Origin: Thermoplasmatota archaeon
GTDB lineage: Archaea; Thermoplasmatota; Thermoplasmata; UBA10834
Assembly (NCBI GenBank): GCA_040751795.1
Contig: JBFMHR010000002.1
Location: forward strand, 256,001 to 320,000
DNA: 64,000 bases
Direction of reading: 5' to 3'
This document shows, piece after piece, positions 1-9,677 of the stretch. A program made the position numbers and the translations under genes. The notes below the pieces were generated by a model. The model was given only the letters and a program-made list of their open reading frames with translations, had not been told where the DNA came from and made no database searches. How positions within the stretch are numbered: the stretch's first letter is position 1; the number at the start of each line of letters is the position of its first letter.

Positions 1-866
1 GGCACCCCGACGCCTATGCCCAGCGACGAGCCGTACCTGGTGAAGGTGAGGCCCTTGACGAACTCGGGGTTCATCTGCTTGAGGTCGCCGAGGACCGCGA
101 GCGTCCCCGCAGGCCTCTTCGGCACCCCGTTGGGCGTCCTCGGGGCGCCCGGGTTGAACTGCGTCCCCTCCCAGATGACGTGCCCCTGGGCGCCGCCCAG
201 GAATATGCGCGTGCCCACCCCGATGGTCCTGTAGTAGGGGTCGTTGATGAGCGGCGAGAGGGCGCCCGCGCTGCTGAACGTGGCGTTGCCCAGCTCCGGC
301 AGGAGCTTGCCCATGTAGGTGTAGAGCGTCTTCGAGGACGAGTTGGTCGCGGCCGCGTAGTTCTGGTACGCGTTCCTGACGTTCATCAGGACCGCCTGGT
401 TCACGGTCTGGAGGCTGACCCAGGTGTCTATCTCCTTCCTGGGGTAGCAGTCCGTGCCGTAGCCCGTGGCCCTCAGCCTCACGGCCTTGCCGCGGACGAG
501 GTCCTCGATCACGTGGGCGCCGCCGTGGGTCATGTTGTTCGTCTCGTCCAGTGCTGTCGCCCCGATGTAGCCGTCGACGGCCGCCAGCCCCGCCTGGGCG
601 GGCACGCCGTCGAGCCAGATCCTCTGCATCTTGATCGGGGGCTCGGAGTGGCCGAAGTTGATGTACGCCCCGGAGGAGCACATCGCCCCGAAGGTCCCGG
701 TCGTGACGACGTCGACCTCCTGGGCCGCCTTCTTGACTCCGTTCGACCTCACGAACGACTTGAACTCGTCTGCGGTCATCACGACGACGTCGCCCTCAGC
801 GATCTTGCGGCGTATCTCGTCGTAGGTCTTCGGCTTGGCACCGGTCTTCTTCGCCTTCGCGCTCAG
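1..866 (-). CDS. L-aspartate semialdehyde sulfurtransferase / homocysteine biosynthesis protein (DUF39, MA1821-like); 3' end runs off the window
   Basis: Not in the ORF track. Manual translation gives KTYDEIRRKIAEGDVVVMTADEFK...EVDVVTTGTFGAMCSSGAYINFGHSEPPIKM...HGGAHVIEDLV...GYGTDCYPRK...RNAYQNY...TLYTYMGKLLP...LSPLINDPYYRTIGVGTRIFLGG, typical of DUF39. Probable start is a CTG at 866 overlapping the asd stop (CTGA). Confidence 0.9.
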   Translation of the reverse strand, partial: MSAKAKKTGAKPKTYDEIRRKIAEGDVVVMTADEFKSFVRSNGVKKAAQEVDVVTTGTFGAMCSSGAYINFGHSEPPIKMQRIWLDGVPAQAGLAAVDGYIGATALDETNNMTHGGAHVIEDLVRGKAVRLRATGYGTDCYPRKEIDTWVSLQTVNQAVLMNVRNAYQNYAAATNSSSKTLYTYMGKLLPELGNATFSSAGALSPLINDPYYRTIGVGTRIFLGGAQGHVIWEGTQFNPGAPRTPNGVPKRPAGTLAVLGDLKQMNPEFVKGLTFTRYGSSLGIGVGV

Positions 867-1930
867 ATGAGTCCCTCCCTGTACGCGAGCTCCGCGTTCA
901 GCACCGATCCCCCGGCCCCGCCCCTGATGGTGTTGTGGACGAGGAGGTAGAACCTCAGCTGGTCTTTCCCCGTCCGGATCCTCCCGACCGTGACGGCCAT
1001 GCCCTTCGCCCTCGCAGGCTCGCCCGCCGACGAGTCGAGCCTCGGCTGCGGCCTGTCCTGCTCCCTGCGGACTATGATCGGCCTCACGGGGGCGCTCGGG
1101 AGGGCCAGCTCCTGGGGCCTCCCCCTGAAGTCCGCGAAGGCCTTCGCCACCTTGTCCGCGTCGGGCATGTCCTTGTGGTGTATGAACACCGCCTCGAGGT
1201 GCCCGTCCCTGGTCGAGACCCGCGCGCAGCTGGCCTCGATGTTGATGGGCGCGTCGACGAACCTCCCGTTGCTGTAGCCCCCGAGGATCTTCCTGCCCTC
1301 GGAGGTCATCTTCTCCTCCTCGCTCCTGATGAAGGGCAGGACGTTCCCGAGTATGTCCAGCGAGGGCACGCCCGGGTGCCCCGCGCCGGAGAGCGCCTGG
1401 TAGGTCGCGACGTAGACCTCCGTGAACCTGAACGCGTCGACCAGGGGCTTGAGCCCGAGGGCTAGGCCCGTCACCGAGCAGTTCGCGTTGGTGACTATGT
1501 AGCCGCCCTTCCTCCTCCGCTGCCTCTGGGCCTCGATGGAGGCGAGGTGGTCCGGGTTGATCTCCGGCAGGAGTATGGGAGTGTCCGGGTCCGTCCTGTG
1601 CGACGCGGCGTTGGAGTAGACGGCCATGCCCTGCTCGGCGCACGCGTCCTCCACCGGGCCCGCGACGTCGGACGGGAGGCCGCTGAACACGACCTCCACC
1701 CCGTCCTTGGCCAGGGCCGCGGCGTCGGTGCCGACGATCGTCTTGGAGCCGAGGCCCGCGTTCAGCTCCACGTCCGGCAGCTTCCAGACGTCGGACAGCC
1801 TCTTCCCCTCCGACCTGTCCGAGGCGCAGTGCGCCACGACGTCGAAGTAGGGGTGTCCGTCGAGCATGTGCGAGAACCTCTGCCCGATCATGCCGCTCGA
1901 GCCGAGTATTGCCGCTCTCTTCTTGGTCAT
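863..1930 (-). CDS. asd: Aspartate-semialdehyde dehydrogenase (archaeal type)
   Basis: MTKKRAAILGSSGMIGQRF Rossmann start, TNANCS catalytic Cys, YQALSGAG, HNTIRGGAGG. ATG at 1930; the longer track ORF is an upstream extension. Confidence 0.95.
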   Translation of the reverse strand: MTKKRAAILGSSGMIGQRFSHMLDGHPYFDVVAHCASDRSEGKRLSDVWKLPDVELNAGLGSKTIVGTDAAALAKDGVEVVFSGLPSDVAGPVEDACAEQGMAVYSNAASHRTDPDTPILLPEINPDHLASIEAQRQRRRKGGYIVTNANCSVTGLALGLKPLVDAFRFTEVYVATYQALSGAGHPGVPSLDILGNVLPFIRSEEEKMTSEGRKILGGYSNGRFVDAPINIEASCARVSTRDGHLEAVFIHHKDMPDADKVAKAFADFRGRPQELALPSAPVRPIIVRREQDRPQPRLDSSAGEPARAKGMAVTVGRIRTGKDQLRFYLLVHNTIRGGAGGSVLNAELAYREGLI

Positions 1931-1935
1931 CTCTC

Positions 1936-3018
1936 TCACGTCTCCATGTGTTCCTTGGTCGATTCCATCAGCCTGATGAACATGTCGTGGTCGGCCGCGC
2001 AGGACGCCTCCCTCAGCTCGCGGAGCGCGCGCTCCGCCGCCTCGGCCACCTCCTTCGTGTGCGGGTTCAGGGCCTGGATGTCGTGGTAGACCCTCCTGCT
2101 CTCCCCCGAGACCTCCTTCGCCAGCTCCGCCAGCCTCGCGAAGGATGTCCCCTGCGCCTCCCTGAACTCGGACGCCTTCTTGCCGGACGACCTGAGGGCC
2201 GTCCCGAACATCAGGGCGGTCATGTGCGAGAGCCCGAGTATGTAGGCCATCATCCTGTCGTGCTCCTCGAGGTAGAGCTCCACGACGTTCGCCCCGGAGT
2301 CCTTGAATATCCTCCTGGCCCGCGCGGTCGCCTCGCGGCTGCCGCAGTCGCAGACGACCACGTTCAGCCCCTTGGGCGACGGCGCCCTCGGCCCGAACAT
2401 CGGGTGGACGCTCGCGACCGTCACGCCGTCCGCGGCCGCGAGCCTCAGCGTGCTGGATATGTGCGATTTGATGCTGCAGATGTCCATGACGAGTCCCTTC
2501 GGCCGGGCAGCGAGGACCTCCCTGAGCTCCTCCTGGCAGACTCCGAGCGGGCTCGCCACGACCACGATGTCCGCCTCGGCAGCGGCCGGCCCGAGCTCCT
2601 TGGCGGCTGGGTAGCCCTTGCGCCTTCCCCTCGGGTCCCACACCCTGACCTTCGCGCCCCTGTTGGACAGGAACCTGCAGGTCCAGCCGCCCATGCTCCC
2701 CGCGCCGCCGACGACGAGGGCCCTCGTCCCCTCCAGCGGCAGCCTGGGCTCCTGCCTCTGGACCGCGACGGCGTCCGCGATGAGCAGCCTGGCAGCCTCC
2801 TTGGCGAGCCTCTTGTCGGCGCCGGCCGAGGCGGCGAGGCGGGCCATCTTCTCGACGACCTTCCTCTCCCTGGCCGGGTCCCTGACCTTGAGCCCGTCCT
2901 TCCGCTTCGTGAGGCCGATCTCCCGGGCCACGTCGGCCCTCTTAGATATGAGCCTGATGAGTTCGGCGTCGATCCTGTCGACCTCCGCCCTGAGGGCCTC
3001 CAGCTCGTCCACCGTCAC
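1936..3018 (-). CDS. tyrA: Bifunctional chorismate mutase / prephenate dehydrogenase
   Basis: N-terminal AroQ domain (LEALRAEVDRIDAELIRLISKR...RDPARE), then VVGGAGSMG, DICSIK, HPMFGP, EEHDRMMA. GTG start overlaps the aroC stop. Confidence 0.9.
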   Translation of the reverse strand: MTVDELEALRAEVDRIDAELIRLISKRADVAREIGLTKRKDGLKVRDPARERKVVEKMARLAASAGADKRLAKEAARLLIADAVAVQRQEPRLPLEGTRALVVGGAGSMGGWTCRFLSNRGAKVRVWDPRGRRKGYPAAKELGPAAAEADIVVVASPLGVCQEELREVLAARPKGLVMDICSIKSHISSTLRLAAADGVTVASVHPMFGPRAPSPKGLNVVVCDCGSREATARARRIFKDSGANVVELYLEEHDRMMAYILGLSHMTALMFGTALRSSGKKASEFREAQGTSFARLAELAKEVSGESRRVYHDIQALNPHTKEVAEAAERALRELREASCAADHDMFIRLMESTKEHMET

Positions 3019-4091
3019 AGGAACCCCCCCTGGAGCATGAGGTCCAGTATGACGGAGGCCGCGGAGTTCTCGACCACCGGCACCGCCCTCGGGACGATGC
3101 ACGGGTCGTGCCTCCCCTTGACCTCCAGCTCGACCGGCGATTTCTTGGCGACGTCGACGCTCATCTGCGGCCTGGCGATCGACGAGGTGGGCTTGAACGC
3201 GACCCTGAACTCTATCGGCATGCCTGTCGAGAGGCCGCCGAGCACCCCGCCCGCGTTGTTGGTCTTGGTCACTATCCTGCCGTTCCTCACCGCGTACGGG
3301 TCGTTGTGCTCGCTGCCCCTCATGGAGGCGGCGCCGAAGCCGGAGCCGAACTCGACCCCCTTGACGCCCGGGATGGAGAACATCATTGCCGACATGGCGC
3401 TCTCTATGGAGCCGAAGAACGGCTCGCCGACGCCGACCGGGACGCCCAGGACCGCGCACTTGACGACCCCGCCGACGGAGTCTTTCTCCTCGTGCGCCTT
3501 TACGATCTCCTCCTTCATGAGCTCCGCGGTCTCCCTGTCGGCGCACCCGACCGGGTTCGCCCTGGCGACCTTCTCCGCGATGCTGTACGGGACCTGCTTC
3601 TCCATGCGGACCGCGCCGATCTGGACCGTCTGGGCCACGACGCGGACGTCGGCCCTGTCGAGCACCTGCCTCGCGACCGCCCCTGCGATCACAAGGCCCG
3701 CCGTCATCCTTCCGGAGAACTGCCCGCCCCCGCGGTGGTCGTGGTGCCCCTTGTACTTCACCATGGCCGGGTAGTCGGCGTGGCCCGGCCTGGGCACCCT
3801 CTTGAACGAATCGTATGCGGACGAGTCGAAGTCCTTGTTCCTCACCAGGCCGACGATGGTCGCCCCGGTCGCCCTGCCGTCGACGACGCCGGAGATGACC
3901 TCGAGCCTGTCCCTCTCGGCCCTCGGGCTGGTTATGACGCCCTTGCCGGGGGACCTCCTGTCCAGCTCGACCTGTATGACTGCCTCGGAGACCTTCGAGC
4001 CGGGCGGGCAGCCGTCGACCTTTGCCCCGACGCAGGGGCCGTGGCTGGAGCCGAACACGCCGACCCTGTACTTAGCACCGAACTCGTTCAT
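3015..4091 (-). CDS. aroC: Chorismate synthase
   Basis: FGSSHGP, PRPGHADY, GGGQFSGRMT, FKPTSSI, GRHDPCIVPRA motifs; ATGA overlap with aroA. Confidence 0.97.
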   Translation of the reverse strand: MNEFGAKYRVGVFGSSHGPCVGAKVDGCPPGSKVSEAVIQVELDRRSPGKGVITSPRAERDRLEVISGVVDGRATGATIVGLVRNKDFDSSAYDSFKRVPRPGHADYPAMVKYKGHHDHRGGGQFSGRMTAGLVIAGAVARQVLDRADVRVVAQTVQIGAVRMEKQVPYSIAEKVARANPVGCADRETAELMKEEIVKAHEEKDSVGGVVKCAVLGVPVGVGEPFFGSIESAMSAMMFSIPGVKGVEFGSGFGAASMRGSEHNDPYAVRNGRIVTKTNNAGGVLGGLSTGMPIEFRVAFKPTSSIARPQMSVDVAKKSPVELEVKGRHDPCIVPRAVPVVENSAASVILDLMLQGGFL

Positions 4092-5350
4092 CTCCTCACC
4101 TCCAGGCGGCACCCCAGCTGGTGCATGTCCCTCAGGAACCCGGGGTAGGAGACCTTGTACGACTCGTCGTCCCGTATCCTGGTCCCCGAGGTCGATATCA
4201 GTCCAGCAAGTGCTGCCGCCATAAGAATCCTATGGTCTCCGTGCGTGTCCACGTCGGCCCCGTGCAGCTTCGCGCCGCCGGATATGACGCACCCGTCGTC
4301 GGTGGCCTTCACCCCCGCGCCCATCGCCCTCAGGAACGCGGTCGTGGTGGCGATCCTGTCGCTCTCCTTGTAGCGCAGGTTGGCGCCCCCCTTCAGCACG
4401 GTGGTGCCCTCCGACGCGGCCCCCAGGACCGCGAGGACCGGGAACAGGTCGGGCGTGTCCCTGACGTCTATCTCCAGCCCCTCCAGCCTCCCCCCGGTGA
4501 CCCTGACGGAGTCCGGCCTCGCGTCGACCTCGGCCCCGAAGTCCCTCAGGTGCTGGACGATGGCCCTGTCCCCCTGGGGCGAGGCGCCGTCCAGGTTCCT
4601 GACGGTGACGTCGCCGGACGTGATCGCGCCGGCCGCGAGCACGAAGGCCGCGGAGGAGTAGTCGCCCGGGACGGTGTACTCGTCGCGCTCCAGCTGCTGG
4701 CCCCCCTTGACCGAGAACCCGTCCCCGGTCTCCTCCGCCCTCCCCTTGAAGGCGCGCAGGATCTCGAGGGTGATGTCGACGTACGGCCTGGACACCAGCT
4801 CCCCGCCGACGCGTATGAGGGTGTCGTCGGGCTTCTGGGTGCAGGCTATGATGAGGGACGAGACGAACTGGGAGCTGACCCCGCCGGCGATCTCCGTCGC
4901 GGGCCCCCTGATCGGGCCCTTGACGCTGAGAGGCGCCCGGCCCGGCTGGCCCAGGTAGGACACTCGCGCGCCGAGCAGTCCGAGGGCGTCCGCCAGGGGC
5001 GCCATGGGCCTCTTGACGAGGCTCTCGTCGCCCGTGAGAGTGGTCGTGGTCGGCAGGAGCGAGGCGACCCCGGACACGAGCCTGATGGTCGTCCCGGAGT
5101 TCCTCGCGTCTATGACGGCCCCCGCCGGCCCGAGGTCGTCGCAGTGGATCCTCACCGACGACGGGCTCTTGGAGACGGACGCCCCCAGGGTGTGGAGCGC
5201 GTCCAGGGTGGCCCTGGTGTCCTCGGACAGCAGGGGCCTCCTCAGCACGAAGGGGCCGCGGGTGAGCGCCCCCAGGACCATCGCCCTGTGGGTGTAGGAC
5301 TTCGACGGGGACGCGACGACCGTTCCCCTCGCGACGGAGGACTTGATCAC
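4088..5350 (-). CDS. aroA: 3-phosphoshikimate 1-carboxyvinyltransferase (EPSP synthase)
   Basis: PSKSYTHRA, NSGTTIR, SSQFVSSL, LRYKESDRI, DHRILM motifs; GTGA overlap with aroK. Confidence 0.96.
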   Translation of the reverse strand: MIKSSVARGTVVASPSKSYTHRAMVLGALTRGPFVLRRPLLSEDTRATLDALHTLGASVSKSPSSVRIHCDDLGPAGAVIDARNSGTTIRLVSGVASLLPTTTTLTGDESLVKRPMAPLADALGLLGARVSYLGQPGRAPLSVKGPIRGPATEIAGGVSSQFVSSLIIACTQKPDDTLIRVGGELVSRPYVDITLEILRAFKGRAEETGDGFSVKGGQQLERDEYTVPGDYSSAAFVLAAGAITSGDVTVRNLDGASPQGDRAIVQHLRDFGAEVDARPDSVRVTGGRLEGLEIDVRDTPDLFPVLAVLGAASEGTTVLKGGANLRYKESDRIATTTAFLRAMGAGVKATDDGCVISGGAKLHGADVDTHGDHRILMAAALAGLISTSGTRIRDDESYKVSYPGFLRDMHQLGCRLEVRR

Positions 5351-6216
5351 AACAGCCGTGGGACCACCTCCGGGGCGGGCGTGTCGTTGATCGACGCCCT
5401 GAGGATGATCCCGTCCGCCCTGCCCTCGAGCGCGGCCCCGAGCCTCGCCTCGTCCTCCCTCCTGGCGAGGATGACCGTGGCGGGCCCTGTCCCCGAGATT
5501 CCGGCGGCGACGGCTCCCTTGTCCCTGGCCATCTGGGCGACCTCCTCGCTGAGCCCGAGGACCTCGGCGCAGGCGCGGGAGTTGACCTCGATCGCCCTGG
5601 CGTAGCTCCCCGACAGCGCCAGCTCCAGGGCCTCCTCCGAGCCCGGCACGGCGGGAGAGAAGTCCAGCCCCTTGACGAACGCCTTCTCGACCCTCCTGTC
5701 CGGCACGTGGATCAGCACCGAGAGGGACGGGTCGATGCGGCCCCTGGCCAGCACGCGCCTGTGGCGGTTGTCCGTCACGACGGCTCCTCCGAGGTAGCAC
5801 GCGGCCGCGTCGTCGAATGCCCCGGTCACCGTGACCCCGGCCCCTATCGACGCGTCGACGCCGGCGCCGATGATCCGCATGTCGTCGAGTCTGGATTTCA
5901 CGGCACGCGTCGCGGCCAGCACGACCGCGTTAGACGCTGCGCTGCTGCTCTTGAGGCCCCGCGAGACAGGGATGTCCGACTCGACCCTCACCTCGGCGCC
6001 GCGCCCTCCCAGCCCGGCCTCGCGAAGGACCGGCGCGACGCAGCGCCTGACGAGGTCTGCGCCCTCGGGCGGGCCGGCGAACTTGAAGGCCTCGCCCTCG
6101 GCCAGGAGCCTCACCTCTGCGTCCGTCTCGAGCGTGATGCCGAAGGCCGCGCCCCTCCCGGTGGGGATGGCGTTGACTATGGTCGCCGCGCCCCTGCAGG
6201 CCGCCCTGCCGATCAT
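5347..6216 (-). CDS. aroK: Archaeal shikimate kinase (GHMP family)
   Basis: GAATIVNAIPTGRGAA, PVSRGLKSSSAASNA GHMP motif, TGAFDDA, GISGTGP; ATG at 6216 overlaps the aroDE stop. Confidence 0.95.
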   Translation of the reverse strand: MIGRAACRGAATIVNAIPTGRGAAFGITLETDAEVRLLAEGEAFKFAGPPEGADLVRRCVAPVLREAGLGGRGAEVRVESDIPVSRGLKSSSAASNAVVLAATRAVKSRLDDMRIIGAGVDASIGAGVTVTGAFDDAAACYLGGAVVTDNRHRRVLARGRIDPSLSVLIHVPDRRVEKAFVKGLDFSPAVPGSEEALELALSGSYARAIEVNSRACAEVLGLSEEVAQMARDKGAVAAGISGTGPATVILARREDEARLGAALEGRADGIILRASINDTPAPEVVPRLL

Positions 6217-7700
6217 CCGAGCGCCCCCCTGGCCGCTTTCCTCATCGCTCCGACGTCCGGGCTCGCGCGCGTCCACCATGTGAACGACGCGGCCCCCTGC
6301 TGCACGAGCATCTCGAGGCCGTTCTCCGCCCTGGCCTTCCGCGACGCGGCGGCCTTCATGGCCTTCGTGACCGGCGGGTTGTAGACCATGTCGAGGTAGA
6401 GCACCCCCTTCCTGAACAGCCTCGTGGGGATGGGGGCGACGCCCCCGACGCCCTTCGTCCCCACGGGGGTGCAGTTGACTATGAGGTCGAAGCGGCTGTC
6501 GGACCTGCGGAGCGAGTCGAGGGTGACGGCGTCGAGGATGAACTCCCCCGCGAGCCTCTCGCCCTTCGCCCGGTCCCTGGCAGCGACGGTCACGTGCGCC
6601 CCCGCGCGCCTGAGGCCGATCGCCGCCGCCCGGGCCGCCCCTCCGGCCCCGACGAGGAGGGCGGAGGTGTCCTTGGTGACCTTCATTTTCTGTTCAACCG
6701 CCTTGGTGAACCCTATTACATCTGTGTTTTTCCCGTTCATCTTCCACGCCCTGAAGACGACGGTGTTGACGGCCCCCGTGGACTGCGCCTCCGGGTCGAG
6801 CTCGTCGCACAGGGCCCTCACCCTCTCCTTGTGCGGGACGGTGACGTTGAGCCCGGAGAACCCGAGCCTGCCGAGGGTCTCGAGCGCATCCCTCGTGAGC
6901 GCCTCGGGGGGCACGTCGAGGTTGAGGTAGACGCCCGTCAGCCCTGCGGCCCGCAGGGCGGCCTCCTGCATCGGCTTCGAGACGGAGTGCGCGACGGGGT
7001 GGCCCACGATGCCGAGGACGAACCTGTCCTCCCTCCCCAGCGCGGCCTGAGACGCGAGGTCCAGCTGGCCGGGCGCCGCCGCCCTGTCGCCCGCGCTGCA
7101 GTACACCATGGACGACCCCATCTGCCTCGCGCAGACCCTCGTGAGCTGCCCCTGGTCCCCCATGCCTATGAGCGTGAACTTGTCCCCCGCCGAGGAGCGC
7201 CTCAGCCCGAGGGACGCGAGCATGATGGCGTGGCCCGCGTGGCCGCAGGGCATCGCGACCTTCCCGAAGTCGCCCGCCGCGCAGGCCTTCGCGAGGGCCC
7301 TCTCGACCTCCTTCTCCGGCTGCGGCCTGGCGAAGTGGTGCGATGCGACGACCAGGGGGCCGCGCGCCCTGCGGGCCGCGAGGCCCATGGCCCTCCTGTC
7401 CAGATCCGTCTCGAGGTCGACGTACTCGAACCCCGCCCCGAGCACGGCCTTGAGCGCCTTCTCCCTCGCGGGCCCCCTCAGCCGCGACCTCCCTCCCTCG
7501 CGGGAGGACCTCAGGGTGGCTATGGCGGGGCCGGCGACGGCCTCCCTCACCTTCGACAACGACCCCTCGTCGATCCTCGGGAGGGCGAGGTGGTCCAGCC
7601 TGACCTCCACGAGGTCGGCGCCCTGCCTGAACGCCCTCAGTGACGAGCCGGAGACTCCAGACACGCTCCTCTCGACGAGAGAAGCCACGATGTACGTCAT
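6213..7700 (-). CDS. aroDE: Fused type I 3-dehydroquinate dehydratase / shikimate dehydrogenase
   Basis: AroD part: EVRLD, TLRSSREGG, YVDLE, FGKVAM, IGMG, APGQ. AroE part: HSVSKPMQ, NVTVPHK, GAVNT, NTDVIG, GAGGAA, NGLEMLVQQG. Confidence 0.93.
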   Translation of the reverse strand: MTYIVASLVERSVSGVSGSSLRAFRQGADLVEVRLDHLALPRIDEGSLSKVREAVAGPAIATLRSSREGGRSRLRGPAREKALKAVLGAGFEYVDLETDLDRRAMGLAARRARGPLVVASHHFARPQPEKEVERALAKACAAGDFGKVAMPCGHAGHAIMLASLGLRRSSAGDKFTLIGMGDQGQLTRVCARQMGSSMVYCSAGDRAAAPGQLDLASQAALGREDRFVLGIVGHPVAHSVSKPMQEAALRAAGLTGVYLNLDVPPEALTRDALETLGRLGFSGLNVTVPHKERVRALCDELDPEAQSTGAVNTVVFRAWKMNGKNTDVIGFTKAVEQKMKVTKDTSALLVGAGGAARAAAIGLRRAGAHVTVAARDRAKGERLAGEFILDAVTLDSLRRSDSRFDLIVNCTPVGTKGVGGVAPIPTRLFRKGVLYLDMVYNPPVTKAMKAAASRKARAENGLEMLVQQGAASFTWWTRASPDVGAMRKAARGALG

Positions 7701-7703
7701 GCC

Positions 7704-8744
7704 TCACTTCTCCCGGATGGTCTCCTCCACCCGCATCCCGAAGTGCCTGCCGCCCTTCTCCGTCTTGAGGGTGATGGGGTCGCCGAGCCTGAGCCTCGAC
7801 ACGGAGACGACCTTCCCCTTGGAGTAGACCCTTATGGTCTCCGCGTTCTGCACTATGGTGGAGAAGCGCTCCCCGTCGACGTCGGCCTCTATGAGCAGCA
7901 GGGGCCTCCTCTCGACCTTGGTCCTGCCGACCACGACCTTCCTTGTGTGGCCGTCCGCGCCGACGACCAGCGCCTCGTCGCCACCCTGCAGCTCGGAGAG
8001 GTACCTGGTGGTGCCGTCGGGCATCAGCACGTAGGCGTGCACGGGCCCGGCGTTGACCCTGAAGGGCCGCGAGGCCGCGTACTCCGACTCCAGCGACTCG
8101 GAGTGGATCAGGAACATGCAGGACGACTGGTTGCCTATGAGCATCCCCTCGCCCACGTTGAGCATCGAGCATGTGTCTATGCAGACCCTGTCTCCGAGGC
8201 CGAGCTGCCTCAGGACGGTGATCTTGCCCTCCTGCATCCGGAGCCTCGGGGCGCCCTCCTCGAGCATCCTCCTGAGCTTGCCCAGCTCCTCCAGTTTGGA
8301 GGGCACGAAGAGGACGCCGTCCGCGCCTTTCTCCATGGTCTCGAAGAAGAGCCTCGCCTCCTCGGCGGTCCTCGCGAGCATCAGGAGCTTCGCCCCCGTG
8401 CCCTGGAAGTGGACTATGAGGTTCTCGAGGGGGATGACCTTCCAGTCCTTCGCCGACACGATGACGTTCTGGAAGCGCTCGGCGGCCCTCCTGGCGGCGA
8501 CCTCGTCCGACTTCTTCGCTATCTCGACGAGCCTGCCGACCCTCTCCCCGTCCTCGACGAAGTCCGCCCCGTCGAGTAGGATGGACCTGAACCTGCCCAG
8601 CTTGGCCAGCTCATGGTCCTTCTTGTCGAGCACCACCGTGTCGAAGCCGTTCTCGAGGGCGGCGAGGACGACCTTCTTCCTGGATTCGCCGCCAGGCTGG
8701 TGGATGGCCCCGACCCACACCTTGCGGTCGATCAGGGCATTCAC
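7704..8744 (-). CDS. aroB': 3-dehydroquinate synthase type II (AroB')
   Basis: DWKVIPLENL, GDRVCIDTCS, RPFRVNAGPVHAY, QNAETIR, GRHFG motifs. Confidence 0.95.
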   Translation of the reverse strand: MNALIDRKVWVGAIHQPGGESRKKVVLAALENGFDTVVLDKKDHELAKLGRFRSILLDGADFVEDGERVGRLVEIAKKSDEVAARRAAERFQNVIVSAKDWKVIPLENLIVHFQGTGAKLLMLARTAEEARLFFETMEKGADGVLFVPSKLEELGKLRRMLEEGAPRLRMQEGKITVLRQLGLGDRVCIDTCSMLNVGEGMLIGNQSSCMFLIHSESLESEYAASRPFRVNAGPVHAYVLMPDGTTRYLSELQGGDEALVVGADGHTRKVVVGRTKVERRPLLLIEADVDGERFSTIVQNAETIRVYSKGKVVSVSRLRLGDPITLKTEKGGRHFGMRVEETIREK

Positions 8745-9529
8745 CGCCTATACGCCTCTCCCGGGGGCACGTCCTCGAGGACCACCCTGCGGATGGCCCT
8801 GGTGATGCCCGCGATGTCGTCGTGCTGGAAGACGTTCCTCCCTATGGAGACGCCCTTCGCGCCGGCCCTCATGGCCTCGCTCACCATGGCGAGCAGCTCC
8901 GGGTCCGAGCCCATCTTCGGCCCGCCGGCTATGACCACGGGTATGGGCGTGCCCCTGACGACCTCCTTGAAGGTGTCGATGGAGCCAGTGTAGCTGGTCT
9001 TGACGATGTCCGCGCCGAGCTCGGCCGAGAGCCTCGCGCAGTGCTTTATCGCCTCGGGGTCGAAGGAGCTCTTGACGTTCTTGCCCCTCGGGTAGCACAT
9101 GGCCAGGAGGGGCATGCCGAGCTCCCTGCACCTGTCGGCGACGGAGCCGAAGTCCGCGACCATCCGGTCCTCGTGCTCGTTGCCGAGGTTGCAGTGGATG
9201 GAGACCGCGTCCGCGCCTATGGCCGCCGCCTCGTCCGCCCTGGCGACCAGGACCTTGAGGTTGGGGTCGGCGCACAAGGACGTGCTCGCCGAAATGTGCA
9301 CGATGAGGCCGAGCCTCGAGCCCACGGCCGGCCCCGCGAAGGGGACGAGGCCCTTGTGAATGACGATGGCCGAGGCGCCGCCCTCGGCGAGCTTGTCCAC
9401 AGTGCTCCTGATGTCCTCGATGCCCTTGACCGGACCCAGGGATATCCCGTGGTCCATGGGCACGATGACGGTCCTCCCAGTCGCCTGGTCGAGGATCCGC
9501 CTCATCCGTATCGTCTTCCCTGTCATCAC
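8741..9529 (-). CDS. aroA': 2-amino-3,7-dideoxy-D-threo-hept-6-ulosonate (ADH) synthase, DhnA-type aldolase (AroA')
   Basis: PMDHG, YPRG, ELGADIVKTSY Schiff-base Lys, IAGGPK, GRNVFQH; adjacent to DHQ synthase II. Confidence 0.93.
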   Translation of the reverse strand: MMTGKTIRMRRILDQATGRTVIVPMDHGISLGPVKGIEDIRSTVDKLAEGGASAIVIHKGLVPFAGPAVGSRLGLIVHISASTSLCADPNLKVLVARADEAAAIGADAVSIHCNLGNEHEDRMVADFGSVADRCRELGMPLLAMCYPRGKNVKSSFDPEAIKHCARLSAELGADIVKTSYTGSIDTFKEVVRGTPIPVVIAGGPKMGSDPELLAMVSEAMRAGAKGVSIGRNVFQHDDIAGITRAIRRVVLEDVPPGEAYRR

Positions 9530-9623
9530 ATCACACTCGGATTACCGTGCTATTCCGTGTCAATGCCTTTGCGATGGTGCTGGACGTATAAGTCCCTTGC
9601 TACGCTTTGGCAGTGCGAAGGCG

Positions 9624-9666
9624 TACATTAAGTGACAATATTAATGTATTACTGTACACATGTAGT
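9624..9666. promoter_or_regulatory. Candidate TrpY operator region between divergent aro operon and trpY
   Basis: Perfect TGTACA at 9653-9658; TGTA at 9645, 9653 and 9661 (8-bp period); inverted repeat TACATTAA-N9-TTAATGTA at 9624-9648, in an AT-rich promoter island. Confidence 0.6.
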
Positions 9667-9677
9667 CATCGATTCCC

